A stretch of 36,394 nucleotides of DNA from Acidobacteriaceae bacterium (lineage in GTDB: Bacteria > Acidobacteriota > Terriglobia > Terriglobales > Acidobacteriaceae), in the NCBI GenBank assembly GCA_036500785.1, contig DASYBN010000055.1, positions 1 to 36,394 of the forward strand, given 5' to 3'. Under the pieces are notes generated by a model, which worked only from the letters and a program-made list of their open reading frames with translations, was not told where the DNA came from and searched no databases. Positions 36,096 to 36,394 of this stretch are shown here, in pieces. Within the stretch, counting starts at the first letter, position 1, and each line of letters starts with the position of its first letter. Position numbers and translations under genes: made by a program.

Positions 36096-36394
36096 ATGCT
36101 CCAGCGAAACTCCTACCAACCCGGCCACACCCCCTGCACAGATCAGGTGATCGGCGCTATTCTAGCCGGCTGGCGATATGACATCTCGGGAACGCCGGCG
36201 GGACTTCGCGGCGACTACGAGGAGCATCTTCGGGGATGCGCCCACTGCCGGGCCCGCCAGCGCTGGCACCGCACCGTAGACTTTCTGTTGCTGGCTGTGA
36301 CCACTATGTCCTGTATCGCGTTCTTCCTGGCGACGCTCGTGGTGCACCGGCTGGAAGCCGTCCGCCACCTCAGCAGCAGTGTTCACGTGCATCT
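36096..36394 (+). CDS. Zinc-binding (HxxxCxxC) membrane protein, anti-sigma-like; partial at right edge
   Basis: Not in the ORF track. ATG 36096 reads MLQRNSYQPGHTPCTDQVIGAILAGWRYDISG...EEHLRGCAHCR, then TM LLLAVTTMSCIAFFLATLVV, with no stop before the window end. Confidence 0.7.
   Translation, partial: MLQRNSYQPGHTPCTDQVIGAILAGWRYDISGTPAGLRGDYEEHLRGCAHCRARQRWHRTVDFLLLAVTTMSCIAFFLATLVVHRLEAVRHLSSSVHVH

Noticed and set aside
1-36394. CRISPR arrays, IS elements, prophage, defence systems, rRNA or tRNA genes
   Set aside because: By eye I found no regularly spaced repeats, transposase/integrase/phage motifs or structural RNA signatures; the longest intergenic gap is about 310 bp.

Overview
A GC-rich, densely coding bacterial chromosome segment with about 41 CDS, two of them cut by the window edges. 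Gene content and protein styles suggest Acidobacteriota (Terriglobia); this is inference. In order: a probable TonB-family N-terminus (left edge); a NagX/HGSNAT-like, ubiD-like, mtnP, pfkB, GT-C glycosyltransferase run; yciF-like; a translationally coupled mgtC-dapF-like-ldcA-mpl peptidoglycan-recycling operon plus plsC; envelope genes (SPOR, OM barrel, NfeD-like, TPR); two convergent CPBP/Abi genes; ArsR-SRPBCC; a START-like/CDP-alcohol phosphotransferase/GtrA operon opposite a membrane-anchored winged-helix regulator; MarR-MFS-isochorismatase; STAS; a lower-GC glycan-modification patch (ATP-grasp/LMW-PTP fusion, CE4 deacetylase, TylF-like methyltransferase); murA; Spy-like; sugar permease-rbsK; an SOS-type radical SAM gene; MaoC; an FkbM-like protein; an MBL hydrolase; and a ZAS-motif membrane protein (right edge). 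I saw no rRNA, tRNA, CRISPR array, transposase or integrase. The most notable observations are the DapF homologue with BOTH catalytic cysteines replaced by serine inside the recycling operon, the active/pseudo CPBP pair, the putative lipid-modification module, and a repeated leaderless-promoter architecture.
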